Below, one piece after another: positions 46,601 through 55,148 of a DNA stretch of 64,000 bases. Origin of the DNA: a virus; the IMG/VR virus record IMGVR_UViG_3300008255_000002, one strand, 5' to 3'. The notes beneath the pieces were generated by a model that saw nothing but the letters and a program-made list of their open reading frames with translations, searched no databases and was not told the DNA's origin. The position numbers and the translations under genes are program-made. Within the stretch, counting starts at the first letter, position 1. Each line of letters begins with the position of its first letter.

Positions 46601-46730
46601 TGTGAATGGCGCGGAGGTTTTAGCTAGAATTAGGGGTGATTTGGAAGTTTATATTAGGGAGAGGATAGCAGAGGCTATTAAACCAATTAAAGATAAACAA
46701 GGTTTAGATGATAGGACACCAACAATATGA
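37674..46730 (+). CDS. Tail tape measure protein (TP901-type core) with inserted cargo domains
   Basis: N-terminal TMP core (LRQAGF, TRESAETIATALRTIFGRL), three GG..PG..D..P..L..G..V modules, an internal duplication and an HELAH motif. Confidence 0.9.
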   Translation: MSIPLSAQLQISPPQNLNQVRQAIQSSLNGVRADINVAIKQGSLNNISSLNNNINNLQSNINKIPSSINKANRSFVSFSDNIAVSTRRMTAFIIGLTAVSKIESAFFDAAKSALEFQHELVRLGQIGNDTRNDIASISNEVGRLSKAFGTFSGDLLKSASTLRQAGFNIKETVGFLETLAKTTLAPTFDNLEQTTEGAIAIMNQFGSTINDSSGKIAFLEKSLGAINKVSARYAVESSDLIGAVQRTGGAFEAAGGNLNELIGIMTSIRSSTRESAETIATALRTIFGRLQRTDTVERLSQLGVQLRITAQEAARSGKEIGEFVGPYRAIQEIGKALENVPRGSVVFAQIAEEIGGIRQLSKVIPLLKEYKLAREATLTAERGSFSLDADAVRAQQSLAVQLSKTAENFRDLFRTLADNDPLKEFISTSLKAVNALIEMGKVLKPLVPLFLTLGGFKIGQLGTDTVRKLIGGAGGIPSASITGGKYGYASGGTVKRFNTGGPVPGHMNTDSIPSLLTPGEYVFSKKAAQKIGYAKLNKMNRAGYARGGKVKPKMSDIIKQMGDYEDIAPTLDLDNYPNPPDLIDPKARKNIDERIKALFGPKMTRNDLRPFELGSGKKSTDESSYNYFTTRSLKETRKEKRPLKLLGYEFKKRNVYGKEIPQFKRDRNDNFEDGIINTLYSEFKSYLPKKYDTYDFDPQNKIDPQPIDNYIKFDQSRGGRSQERYYQNQIVKKVFGEQNIKLSDLLPFERPDVTTSDITKRISKEKDITLKDFRSVFGKKPQLDQLSKNTLISGLGNGITSDDLYPFEIPNNKTQKLPKSIFEQQRFSLNTQKELRPLKLLGHEFQKRDVYGNIIPRYKKDIIRAAKRSNQPIDTFEFGSREPVAEFGNILFDNSPQGQTQRRKYQNQIVKNVFGENFKLSDLRPGERPDVQKRDVISGDNEVSLSQFRQVFGRKPRLESDMVDPIDSTIAQVFGKGVTKEDLHPSDIPTTSRTSIIPPKRQNPLYLGRSPEAFRFKILGSVAYGPDQYDIDGNRVISDRLPKKFFGRSGRTYDTRKRYQTGGSVFRGFVPGVGNGDTYPAELEEGSFVLRKAAVEAFKPSLMSEPENNLLSHQYEIAMKLKAMGGMGATLRKYSKGGIVQKFKEGGTVPGIDNEIRRILKNLGLKDIDISGIVKSIEVNPELLNSLSKQGATPKGYFQPSQQLGTSGQITLKDISKTSLQETLPHELAHALDDAGRLNSGSLISGSSSTIQSISERAFDRFVSPNKQKIYRDKIYGNRYDKMRSVEGFANLLQRYQKYQSSGSIGKFRQRKDKDLFNAYESVILPLLQQNTEEFFGSAPSRLPSNITNFVTKPINFGTSTSLQPSPQSPTPDILSSLGSISKSPNLSSFISGGSTPTNPPQPPNQQPQFPNNLRFLDVFRRAGFATKEKGDFNPLVDLMKSLGFNTFSGRDGATKTLSQRIDFNDPKQLGFAQDVPNTLSNIGKTFDIRPDQINNLIKYNRIGLPTNLDPTNEAFTDPSELSSLIGVINQLQGSTGTFQDTFGKIPSKGRSKTDITKDRISQINYINKLSSFSGGSFNVQKAKTPLQSLQQNVPLSGKLDLDSLGLKPNEVNTLGGISKITKIPQKVISGVLLGKGKTKRSDELRTGLLSSGVLGVNSISRDDILQKKNASIQDLEILAKGGQSSIERESLNFNQQINDPGLQNLIISQLLGYRGIGRNKEKLDATSLGNLPINPSNFSRFDSGVTRRDARKSQFRKDFDFLKDNKLTRSIGADKLINRGSSLLSGFGAGLKDKFYTEDDVIAAREIAEKETLEKRASGLIGEDDFVRPSVSKTGYKQNKKIGLSRRLGRLPGKISRGLGKFSAGLSGSALGIGIGAQLLAQQLPDNTSSDAGFKGSLQYGSTGALVGSAFGPQGVALGALTGGIYGATKGLEDFQKKLLEKDFGKALESLDFQLTKLSNNFESFDSSKITNSFNKLQKNLEKKRNIDVGFIGDDDNRRGFTGNAVRDSVGNRLDYLVSYVSNGFSVAGADESTNAKTQQKLDEFNAVQGTPVVDRIFQTIERASERTNAKDFESFLKENDGLVVSLLNQAGQLSSTPGELLSEEAKVTYESNKRETERSLSVRKSIFEFNSLSKAINSVVVQFSNLNDNLGSTTLFEGVSTRQSNLSSTVDFFGTANVKGFEKGINTLTSVIGSNGLSGQFTSTALQSNKILPNLVSVIGSTLQRDPSVDASVAFRENIEKFTPGLSKEFVDQLVAVAGTQLNEADFAKRFRNNPAEIATNLLSDSFPNINETLSNVFKNLDSISNDFQSNVVRTVRFSDDILSSRNRSEELRGQSDRFRVDNLAFASGRSNPLDFLSLNQLRQPFINQQANLSGLSADRATDPLAISGALSNTLELIRTRQQESSQTTDFREQLKINEELIRLQSTAGRLRQSLENLTDTSKTTAAAQEKLSQIQNDRQSRLGFVENFLSSDLSGRQEINRAANLTSIAAQQGTLRNIDASTGGVGTKEILSFLNSLGSSQLPGLGGIRANDLKNQLLAEFGGGIVDAGGLNEQEVFLRQFIQEQLNIANTSQNELTSLLSDENTRFNEQLKANLVSTLGGIHADFASTLSQELKNANDVVDIRPNQGFVGPPKPTEDDLRAAEAAINAQKTQEALADPKIQAEIKALNGITSGKKQIRYRPVDGLGGSFGGGLGGIPIEEPAYKKLFGLESGGKITGGTYGKDSIPAMLAGGEYVVNAQSASQNMDILEAINSGKKPIRMANGGLTPRSKFALRLRDIDEEIKVSQQFMEDFQKTKQNITTNSLSPMRQRSAVVPQRETSGFIQRYRDQLAQSQANNQPLPKDTGIDPVTADRLARSKSVSVGGDGLKSFSDERRQQLSGVVDRRRKKEQDSIRRNIDFVANRGMGSFTQNQNQQQEFHMNPVQPMNDSSFKNSVGVLNNSFQIFQETATELAKVLSNLSIQVERNGKIEVVVNGAEVLARIRGDLEVYIRERIAEAIKPIKDKQGLDDRTPTI

Positions 46731-48730
46731 GTTTTGTAACATATAGTGGACAGCGTTTAATTCCGGCACCATTTGTTAGTTTTCAAAAAAGATCACAAAC
46801 TAGTAATGATGCTGAAAAAATAGGCGAATTTTATGATATAACAATTAAAGGAACTGTTCTTGCATTTAAAGGTTCTCCTATGTCTGGGGGCACATTTCAT
46901 ACAGGAACAGATTATCCGTCAGATGAAGAAATTCCATCAAATCAACGTTTAGAAGTTTTATTTAATAAACGTGCGGCTGTAGATAAATTATTTTCTGTTG
47001 ATGGTTTAGAATTACGTTGGCAATCCGCTAATTTAGGACAACCAGTATATTGTTATCCGCGAATACGTAATATTGATTGGTCAGAGGGTTTATGGTATAG
47101 TGAGATTGATTATACTATAACATGTGATGCTGATATGATTTATGGATTACCTTCTTTAACCGATAATAGATTTGAACATTATATTGATTCTGCCGATGAA
47201 TCATGGTCTATTGAAGAGGGGCAAATTCCAGGAATATATAATGTAACACACTCTGTTAATGCTGTAGGAAAACGCTTTTATGTATCTGGTGTTTTAGCTC
47301 TTGAACCATATGAAACAGCAAAACAATATGTTTTAAATAAATTAGGTTTTAGTAATACTATTTTTAATAGTTCGATATTGGCTCAGACAGGGGTTAGTGT
47401 TGCGGATTTTGTAAATTTAACTCCTTATAATTTAAATAGAACAGAAACAGTAGATAAGTTAGGTGGCGGATATAGCGCACAAGAAACATGGATTCTATCA
47501 AGCGGATTGGCGAATGAAGAATATACAATTAGAGTTACTAATAATAATGAAGATCCATTAAAATATACATCTATATCTGTCGAAGGGACGATTCGCGGAC
47601 ACTATACATTAATGTATGATTATGATACTGCATATCAAAATGCTTTATCTTACTTTAATATTGTTAAGTCTGGTATGGATTCTCGCGTTATTAATGTTAG
47701 TTCGGGAAATTATATAAGCAGTAATGTTTCTTATGACCCACTAAGAGGCACTATTAATTATTCTTACGAATATGATACTCGTGCATTAAATAGCGGCACA
47801 TATGAAGAATATACTATTTCTCAACAATTTGAATTTACAGATTATCGCACTGTTGTAGGAATTAATGGTCGTGTAATTGGTGTGCTTTCCCCTAACGAAA
47901 CAGATCAATCTTTAAGATATCAAAAAGCAAAAGTTAAATGGAATGTTTTACAATCAGAACTTTATAATCGCGCATCAACATATGTTACTGGTGTTAAAAA
48001 CTTAAGAAGTGTCCCTATTCGCAAAGACGCAACTCATAATCCTATCGGCGGATATATTGATTATTCTTATGAATTTAATAATAGAGATCCTGATGTTGCA
48101 ATAGAAGAATTTACCGTCTCGCAACGATATGCTGTTGATCAAGGATTTCAAACAGTAGGGATTAATGGTAGTGTTCAGGGATATGATATAAGTCAGACAG
48201 GACATATATTAGAGCGTTATAATAATGCTTTGTCCGCGATGCCAAGTGAAATCGAAATTTATAATAAGGCTCAAGAATATGCAAGCGGAATATATTTATA
48301 TAATAATGTTCTCTCTAAAGAAATAGCTCGTTCTCCTAACAATGGAACAATTAGTTATCAATATGAATATAGCACACAATCACCGCCTTTAATTAGTGGG
48401 GCGATTTCCGAAACAATTTCTGTTAGCGATGATTATCAGTCTGATGTTTTTGCCAACATCCCCATTCCAGGAAGAATTGCCGGACCAATTTTACAAGATA
48501 TGAATACTAAAACTGCAAGACGTAGACAAATTTCAATAGAAATAGTAGTTCCACCATATACAGGAATAAGTATTTTAGGGGGTTATAATACTAAACCTAA
48601 TATCACAACATATATAGAAGAAGTAAAACCAACTGGAACTTGGGTATTTTTAAATGATGGGGCGAATGAAACATGGGATTGGAAAATGGGGCGGTACTTT
48701 AGGCAGGCATCCTGGACGTATTCAGACTAA
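46727..48730 (+). CDS. Tail tip/distal tail protein with internal repeats
   Basis: Repeated EEY/FTxS...INGxVxG...GTIxYSYEY units; directly after the TMP. Confidence 0.65.
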   Translation: MSFVTYSGQRLIPAPFVSFQKRSQTSNDAEKIGEFYDITIKGTVLAFKGSPMSGGTFHTGTDYPSDEEIPSNQRLEVLFNKRAAVDKLFSVDGLELRWQSANLGQPVYCYPRIRNIDWSEGLWYSEIDYTITCDADMIYGLPSLTDNRFEHYIDSADESWSIEEGQIPGIYNVTHSVNAVGKRFYVSGVLALEPYETAKQYVLNKLGFSNTIFNSSILAQTGVSVADFVNLTPYNLNRTETVDKLGGGYSAQETWILSSGLANEEYTIRVTNNNEDPLKYTSISVEGTIRGHYTLMYDYDTAYQNALSYFNIVKSGMDSRVINVSSGNYISSNVSYDPLRGTINYSYEYDTRALNSGTYEEYTISQQFEFTDYRTVVGINGRVIGVLSPNETDQSLRYQKAKVKWNVLQSELYNRASTYVTGVKNLRSVPIRKDATHNPIGGYIDYSYEFNNRDPDVAIEEFTVSQRYAVDQGFQTVGINGSVQGYDISQTGHILERYNNALSAMPSEIEIYNKAQEYASGIYLYNNVLSKEIARSPNNGTISYQYEYSTQSPPLISGAISETISVSDDYQSDVFANIPIPGRIAGPILQDMNTKTARRRQISIEIVVPPYTGISILGGYNTKPNITTYIEEVKPTGTWVFLNDGANETWDWKMGRYFRQASWTYSD

Positions 48731-48748
48731 TAGTTTTTTGGTTATATT

Positions 48749-49468
48749 ATGAATAATAACAAATTTGTAAATCACAACTTTTTTGATAATTGGTCGAGAG
48801 ACATGGCTTATTGTTTGGGTTTTATTACTGCTGATGGATGCGGTTCTTATAAAAAACATAAATTAATTACATTTATATCATGTGCTTCTTATGATTTTTT
48901 AAGCGATATGTGTTTAAAAATAGGATTTGGACGTGTCAATAAGGCTAACGAATCAATTATATATAACAACGAACCATTTTCCTTACAACGTAAAAAAAAT
49001 ATTATGTTTTCTGTTAATAGATCGGATATTGAAAAAAGATATTTAACTAAAAAAGAAATTGAATATATTTTACAAAACTTCACCAATTCAGAAAACAGTA
49101 TTTCTAAAGTTTGTAACTTATTATCATTAACAAAATTCCAATTATTAGTTAAAGTAAGAAGACTTGGTATATGTAATAAACCACATAGAAAATGGAGTAA
49201 AGAAGATATATTGTATGTAAAAAATAATTATGCCCCACAAAATCATAAAAAATCTATTAATAATATCAATCAAACCTTAGCGTCAATAGAATATTTTTTA
49301 ACACGAAACAATATTAGATTTATTAGAAAAAAAGTAACAAAACAAGAGAAGGATTTTATATTACAAAATAGAGAGATTGGTATCGATTGGCTATCTTTAA
49401 AATTAGGAAGAACAAAAAGTTCTATATATAATATTATTAATAGAATGGGGATTAATTATGAGTGTTGA
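48749..49468 (+). CDS. Degenerate LAGLIDADG homing endonuclease with HTH repeats
   Basis: VNHNFFDNWSRDMAYCLGFITADGC gives the first motif only, apparently with an internal deletion; C-terminal WSKED and LGRTKSSIY repeats. Confidence 0.65.
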   Translation: MNNNKFVNHNFFDNWSRDMAYCLGFITADGCGSYKKHKLITFISCASYDFLSDMCLKIGFGRVNKANESIIYNNEPFSLQRKKNIMFSVNRSDIEKRYLTKKEIEYILQNFTNSENSISKVCNLLSLTKFQLLVKVRRLGICNKPHRKWSKEDILYVKNNYAPQNHKKSINNINQTLASIEYFLTRNNIRFIRKKVTKQEKDFILQNREIGIDWLSLKLGRTKSSIYNIINRMGINYEC

Positions 49469-52400
49469 TTTGATCAAATTTATGGGAGCTACTGTTAAAT
49501 CTTTTTCATGTGTTGCTGGATGGCAAGAGCAATCTTCGCAAATTCGTATTGAATTAGTTGAAGATATTGATGATTCTTTTCAAAATTCTGATATAGGAAC
49601 GCCACAACATTTCGTGTGTAGTGGTTTCGTATTTGATGGTATTGTTAAAAGTATTGAGTATAGTGAATCTACTGGTGGAAAAATACATTCGGTTTTGTTA
49701 ACCGCTCCAACAGAACTTTTAGATGGCACTCAGGTTATCCTCGGCTCATATAATGGTGCGATATCTGGTGTAAAAAATGTTTTTAATGTGTTTGGTTATT
49801 GGGAAAATCAATTAGGTTTCGGCGGATCATCAATTAACGATCAGGGTATGGTTTGGGAAGGTACAGAGGTTTATGTAAGTGGGAATCCATTAGATACAAC
49901 ATTAACTATTATTAGTGGTGGTAAATATGGTATTAAACCAGCTATTGAAGTTATGCAATTGCCTTCATATACTGGATCATACGGAGAAGGTATTAAATAT
50001 AAAAATAATCATTATATAGTTAATCTTAGTGGTTTACCTGTTCCTTTAGAGGATTATCGTATTGGTAATGGATCATCAATGTCTTTAAGAGAATTAATAG
50101 ATATTGAGTGTCATGATGGAGGAAATGATTATTTAGTTAAATTAAATTATAATCCTGTTAGTGGCGAACCACACACAATTGATATCGTAACTGTTGATCG
50201 AACAATTGAACCAGATCCAAATAAAATTCAAGAATTTTTATTAGAGAAAAGTGGATTAGTTAATTCTTGGAGTTCTGGTAAAGAAATGAGATTTGATGAA
50301 ACCAACCTATTTTTAATAGGCGGTGATGTACATCAATTAATGTTACAAGAAAACTCCTCTAATATAATTCCTTATTGGGGATATGATGTTAATAATCAAA
50401 TTATTTTGGGCGCTGGATCTGGTAGCGGTTATAATGTTAACTTGAATTCTGTTCCTATTTTTGATATTATTGGTCAAAACTCTTATAATATTGATCATAT
50501 AGAAATGCGTTTAGCACTTCACTCGTATGATTTGTGGGCTGGATATGTTCAATTAACCAAACCCACACTTGCTGTTAATATAGGTTTGCCTTCGGCGTTT
50601 TCTATAAGCGATGGAATTTTTAATAGAAGACTTAATCATGATTTTGTGCAACAAAATGCGATTGCTGCTACTGCTTTTGGAGCGAGGAATGCCGATGGCG
50701 AATTTGTTCAAAAATCTCAAATACTTTATCAATTTGTAAGAAATTATATTCAGGAAAATTATGGAAGGAAGTTTTTAGTTGCAACCCCTACAGCAATTAA
50801 TTTTAAAATAGAAAATGGTACAAATAGAGTTGTTTATAGCTGGGAACCAACAGATTCAGCTTATACGAATGATGGAGCGTCACCATTAGGCATTAATATA
50901 TATAATGAGGATTATATTAAAGGGGAAGATGGAAGAATATCAGCTTTTGTTAAATATAGTAATACGTCCAATATAGATCCAACATCAATTATAAATGCAA
51001 ACTTTCTAATTCAAGGAACTGATATATATGTTCCATGTAGGATTTTACATGAATATGGAATTATTTATGTTAATGGTGTTTCTTCTGTTGTTATATCTAT
51101 TGACACGCCATTGTTTTATAAGGCTGACGACTCTTTAGGTGGCGTGGAACATATTAATGCTGCGTTCGGTATAAATATTAATAATGCTGCAAATATTAGA
51201 GCAGGATATATTCCAGGAAGATTGCATCCCGAAACCGCTATTCCTGTTGGTGTTGCTATCCCAATGAAGAGTAATGAATACAGTTATGGACCTTGGTATA
51301 CGAATAATGGACCGGAAGGAAGAGTAGAATTTAGAAAAGAAGATGGATTAGTTCCGTGGCAATATGGTGGATATGAGTTAATGAATGCTGCCGCACAATC
51401 ATACCTTGATAATTTTGTAACACAAACACAATCAGTTGAAAATGCGCGTATTGCAATCGCTGGATATCCAGAAAGAAGTTTAGGAGAAGTTTTGGTTAGT
51501 GGTGGTCCAATTATAACAAGTGTTAATACTGAATTTAGTGATAATGGAATTATAACAAATTATGAATTAAGAACATACACCCCTCTTAAAGGACAGTTTT
51601 CTAGGGATTTAGCTGAAAGAATTCGTAGATATGGAATGGGTTTGCAACATGTTTCAAAAATTATGAAGCATGCCGGTAAACAAAATATTACATCTAATAT
51701 TCAACGGTCAAATAGAATGTATGCTTTTATGGGAAATACATCTATGGCTGTTGATTATGGATATCCGCATTGTGCTTTAGTTGGTCATTTAATTCAAAAT
51801 CCAGATAATACAGGTCAATATATTCCATTAGTTTCCGTACAAACACACGAAGAAACAGTTGGCAATATCCGTGTTGACAATACAGATATTTATTCGAGAA
51901 CATCTTGTGTTGGATTAGAAGGGATTTTTAGAAGTTTTATAGCTGGATATAATATAGATAATAATAAATTGCCATTTTTTGATAATCCACGCGGAGGGTT
52001 AGTTTCTGGAGTTCAAACATCAGAAAATATGAATCCTTTTCAACCCGGAAATGATATGGAGTGGCTTTTAAACGGAATTAATACATATAGCGGATTACAC
52101 AATAGAAAAGTTGATGATTCATTACCATATCAACAAAAACCATTAGGTGTACGTGGTCCTATAGTTTTAAATGGATGGGGATGGGATTTAGTAGGAAATC
52201 CAACGCCAAACGCGAGTGGTGAAAGTTCAACAGCGTATACAAATTTATCAGAAAATTCTTTTACTGATAATTATTTAAAGAAAAGTAATGAATGGAAAAC
52301 TGGTCCAGTTGAATTAAGATGGGACGATATTAGAAAATTATGGTGTTCGCCATATCCAATTTGGGGAAAGTTTTCGTCTACAGTTAATTCTAAAACATAT

Positions 52401-52559
52401 GGAGATATGAGAATTTATATAAATGATGTTCAATCAAGTTATTATATGAAGGTTTATAATCCGTGGAGTTCTAGTGTTGAATCTAATATGTTAGTGAAAG
52501 CAGATCCAGATTTATTAAATAACAGATATTCAATCGGTTCGGTGGATTGCGTGAGTTGA
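49458..52559 (+). CDS. Tail tip/baseplate hub protein
   Basis: 1033 aa, last gene of the module; YGPWY, LVPWQYGG, RGPIVLNGWGWD. Confidence 0.65.
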   Translation: MSVDLIKFMGATVKSFSCVAGWQEQSSQIRIELVEDIDDSFQNSDIGTPQHFVCSGFVFDGIVKSIEYSESTGGKIHSVLLTAPTELLDGTQVILGSYNGAISGVKNVFNVFGYWENQLGFGGSSINDQGMVWEGTEVYVSGNPLDTTLTIISGGKYGIKPAIEVMQLPSYTGSYGEGIKYKNNHYIVNLSGLPVPLEDYRIGNGSSMSLRELIDIECHDGGNDYLVKLNYNPVSGEPHTIDIVTVDRTIEPDPNKIQEFLLEKSGLVNSWSSGKEMRFDETNLFLIGGDVHQLMLQENSSNIIPYWGYDVNNQIILGAGSGSGYNVNLNSVPIFDIIGQNSYNIDHIEMRLALHSYDLWAGYVQLTKPTLAVNIGLPSAFSISDGIFNRRLNHDFVQQNAIAATAFGARNADGEFVQKSQILYQFVRNYIQENYGRKFLVATPTAINFKIENGTNRVVYSWEPTDSAYTNDGASPLGINIYNEDYIKGEDGRISAFVKYSNTSNIDPTSIINANFLIQGTDIYVPCRILHEYGIIYVNGVSSVVISIDTPLFYKADDSLGGVEHINAAFGININNAANIRAGYIPGRLHPETAIPVGVAIPMKSNEYSYGPWYTNNGPEGRVEFRKEDGLVPWQYGGYELMNAAAQSYLDNFVTQTQSVENARIAIAGYPERSLGEVLVSGGPIITSVNTEFSDNGIITNYELRTYTPLKGQFSRDLAERIRRYGMGLQHVSKIMKHAGKQNITSNIQRSNRMYAFMGNTSMAVDYGYPHCALVGHLIQNPDNTGQYIPLVSVQTHEETVGNIRVDNTDIYSRTSCVGLEGIFRSFIAGYNIDNNKLPFFDNPRGGLVSGVQTSENMNPFQPGNDMEWLLNGINTYSGLHNRKVDDSLPYQQKPLGVRGPIVLNGWGWDLVGNPTPNASGESSTAYTNLSENSFTDNYLKKSNEWKTGPVELRWDDIRKLWCSPYPIWGKFSSTVNSKTYGDMRIYINDVQSSYYMKVYNPWSSSVESNMLVKADPDLLNNRYSIGSVDCVS

Positions 52560-52566
52560 TCATAAA

Positions 52567-52603
52567 ATAAAAAAAATCCCGCCATAAGGCGGGATAATTA
52601 TTT
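52567..52603. terminator. Terminator between convergent blocks (long T-run on the minus strand)
   Basis: A-run, then ATCCCGCC-ATAA-GGCGGGAT. Confidence 0.85.
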
Positions 52604-53060
52604 ACCAGTCAAATTTACGTTTAATAAATTCTACAAGTAATGTTCTTAGTACAATAGATTCTCCATAACTAATGCTATGCCCAACCTTTGTATTAACACC
52701 ATCTCTTTGTACAGATACTTCTAAAAAGAAGTTTTGTTTTTCTGTATTTTTTGTTAATTTAATAACTGTGTTTCCTTTTGGATTTTGGTGATATAATCCT
52801 TTTCCAAGATTCTCACGATATCCATCTAAAACTGTTAGTAGGGCACCAACATCATTTTCGTTAAGAAGTGCGGTAACATTATTATCCCAATCAAATTTGG
52901 CATTATCGTTATCGCTTGGAACTTCGTTTGCCATTACTAAAAATAACATTACTTTGTTAAATTTTTTGTCGTCCTTTTGAACTTCTTTTGTGCGGATCTG
53001 AAATTGCGATGCAGACCCTTTACCTTTAAACGGTTTATAAATTCTAAAATCTTGTGACAT
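52602..53060 (-). CDS. Whirly-like single-stranded DNA-binding protein
   Basis: IYK..KGKGSA, KFDWDN...LNENDVGALL, LYHQ, FFLEVSVQ, ISYGESIVL and terminal W parallel the plant Whirly motifs (KGKAAL, YDW, FHD, GW). Confidence 0.65.
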   Translation of the reverse strand: MSQDFRIYKPFKGKGSASQFQIRTKEVQKDDKKFNKVMLFLVMANEVPSDNDNAKFDWDNNVTALLNENDVGALLTVLDGYRENLGKGLYHQNPKGNTVIKLTKNTEKQNFFLEVSVQRDGVNTKVGHSISYGESIVLRTLLVEFIKRKFDW

Positions 53061-53857
53061 TATTTATTTCTCCAATTGCTATCGTAACCCTTAATATCCT
53101 CTGTAACTTCTTTATCGTTGCAATATTTTTGAATTTCATTAAGGATAACCTTAGCTTCTCTTTCGAGAATATTGCTGATACGGTCAAACTTCATTTTATA
53201 TTCTTTTTTAACTTTATTGATAAATTTACCAATATTAATATTTGTTTCTAATGCAATTTTTTCAAGAATTGATAGTTGGATTTCATTGATTACTTCAGAA
53301 GTAATATCATCTGAGGCGACACCATTAACCATTTCTTCGCTTGCATTACATTGAATTGCTAAAGCATTGATAAAACATCGGCTTTTTGCGCGAGTTTCTG
53401 CCATTGCCGTAACAAATTTACCAAACCTAGGATCTTGAATATTATATTGAACTTCTTCAAATCCAGGAAGTTTTTTCAGAATAACATATGCATCAGCAGA
53501 ACCAACAGAAGTTCTTTCAACTCCATCTTTACCTAAAATACGAATAGAATAAGTATTAGATGACATAATAACATCTGAATTGATAGTTGTTTGTCTATCT
53601 TCATCCTGATCAATAATATCACCTTCTAATAGATAAATTAATCTCCTTAATCCAAACATTCTAGGATTACCATAGCATAATTCGTCTGATGTTAAATGAC
53701 TTAATACATATTGTGTCCATTCAGGATCAGCTTTTGTTGACGTTCTTTTCTTTATTTCTAAATCTGAAGATGGTTCATCATCAACAACAATAACATCTGT
53801 TTCTTGTGAATCTTCTAGTTCAACCATATCTTCTATTTCTTGTTTTTTTCTTGCCAT
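53060..53857 (-). CDS. Single-strand annealing protein (Rad52/Erf-like)
   Basis: GSADA...AMAETRAKSRCFINALAI...EE. Confidence 0.6.
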   Translation of the reverse strand: MARKKQEIEDMVELEDSQETDVIVVDDEPSSDLEIKKRTSTKADPEWTQYVLSHLTSDELCYGNPRMFGLRRLIYLLEGDIIDQDEDRQTTINSDVIMSSNTYSIRILGKDGVERTSVGSADAYVILKKLPGFEEVQYNIQDPRFGKFVTAMAETRAKSRCFINALAIQCNASEEMVNGVASDDITSEVINEIQLSILEKIALETNINIGKFINKVKKEYKMKFDRISNILEREAKVILNEIQKYCNDKEVTEDIKGYDSNWRNK

Positions 53858-53862
53858 ATAAA

Positions 53863-54651
53863 TTATAACTCCAATATAATAATTTTTTCTTCTATTTTAT
53901 TTTCTTTAATATCTTCAATTTTTTGCAATATTCTTTCAAAGGCAAGTAGCATTTTTGTTTTACTCATTTTTTGAATATGTCTAACTCGCATAACACGATA
54001 GCCAAATTGAGTTAATAAACCATTTTTTTCTCTATCTCTTTCTTGTCTTTTTTTAAATTTTTCCGGTTCATTATATACATCGATCATGTGCGCGGGACCA
54101 TCAATCTCAATACATAATAATAATTCACGAATATAAATATCTACTCTTAAATCTTCATTTGGGATAAGTGCTGTTTTTTGTGTCTCAGAAAATATATTAT
54201 TTTTTCCTAATTCGTCCACAACAAACTTTTCAAATTTAGATCCGCTACGTGAAGTTGCATTAATAGCTTTCATTCCCCTTAATACAAACTCCTTCTTTTC
54301 ATCTTCCGTCAAACTATTATAGTATTTTTTGCCCCGATCAGAGCGTTCCTTTTTTTGGGATTCATCGAGTTCGTCATACTTTTTACTTAATGTTTTCCCA
54401 ATTTTTTCTTTTGTTTCTTCTGATCTTTTAGTTCCTTTAGTGGGTGATTCTCTTTTTCCTTGATCGTATAAAAGTTGACACGCTTCTTTTTTTGAACGCA
54501 TCTGAAATCCATAATACAAGAGAGCGTTTCTAATTCTCCATTGATCAGTATTTAATTCTACAGCAATTTCATATGTAGACATTTTTTTAACTTCAAAAAA
54601 CTCATTTAGTAATTCTTTACTCCATGTAGGAGCGATTGCTTTACGTCCCAT
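53863..54651 (-). CDS. NUMOD3 plus Vsr/DUF559-type endonuclease
   Basis: KGTKRSEETKEKIG; SKFEK...VDIY...IEIDGPAH...RDREKN...GYRVMRV. Confidence 0.8.
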   Translation of the reverse strand: MGRKAIAPTWSKELLNEFFEVKKMSTYEIAVELNTDQWRIRNALLYYGFQMRSKKEACQLLYDQGKRESPTKGTKRSEETKEKIGKTLSKKYDELDESQKKERSDRGKKYYNSLTEDEKKEFVLRGMKAINATSRSGSKFEKFVVDELGKNNIFSETQKTALIPNEDLRVDIYIRELLLCIEIDGPAHMIDVYNEPEKFKKRQERDREKNGLLTQFGYRVMRVRHIQKMSKTKMLLAFERILQKIEDIKENKIEEKIIILEL

Positions 54652-55102
54652 AATCCACCCCGAATTCAAAATCTGAAACTACATCTTTTACCTCTCTATT
54701 CCAAGCATTTTCAATGATTTTTTTATGTGAATATGATCTTACAACAAGTTCTAAAGATGGATGTTGGTAAATTGATGCTAAAAATTCATATGGCAATTTT
54801 GGGTTATATCGTAGCCATTCGAGATCCCAAATATAATAAATTTTTCTTTTTGGTCCAGGGCACTTAATTAATTTTTGGGCGGTACTCAAATTTGTAGCGA
54901 TTGCAGTCCCATTCCAGCTATAACCATATACGATGTTCATTAGAGAGAATGAATGTTGTATAGGTGTGTGTGATAAGTTCTCAAAAAAGATAGCGTAATC
55001 AATATTTTGTTTAGATATTTTATTTCCTAAACACATTGAATAGAACGATAATTGAGAAGCAAAAAGATCACTTACAAAAATTCCTAATTTCTTTCTTTTC
55101 AT
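54641..55102 (-). CDS. Glycosyltransferase-like protein fragment
   Basis: GTAIATNLSTA...KIYYIWDLEW...LVVRS. Confidence 0.55.
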   Translation of the reverse strand: MKRKKLGIFVSDLFASQLSFYSMCLGNKISKQNIDYAIFFENLSHTPIQHSFSLMNIVYGYSWNGTAIATNLSTAQKLIKCPGPKRKIYYIWDLEWLRYNPKLPYEFLASIYQHPSLELVVRSYSHKKIIENAWNREVKDVVSDFEFGVDYGT

Positions 55103-55148
55103 ATATCCCTCTGTATATTAGTGAATGTTATCCTACATACTAATACAC

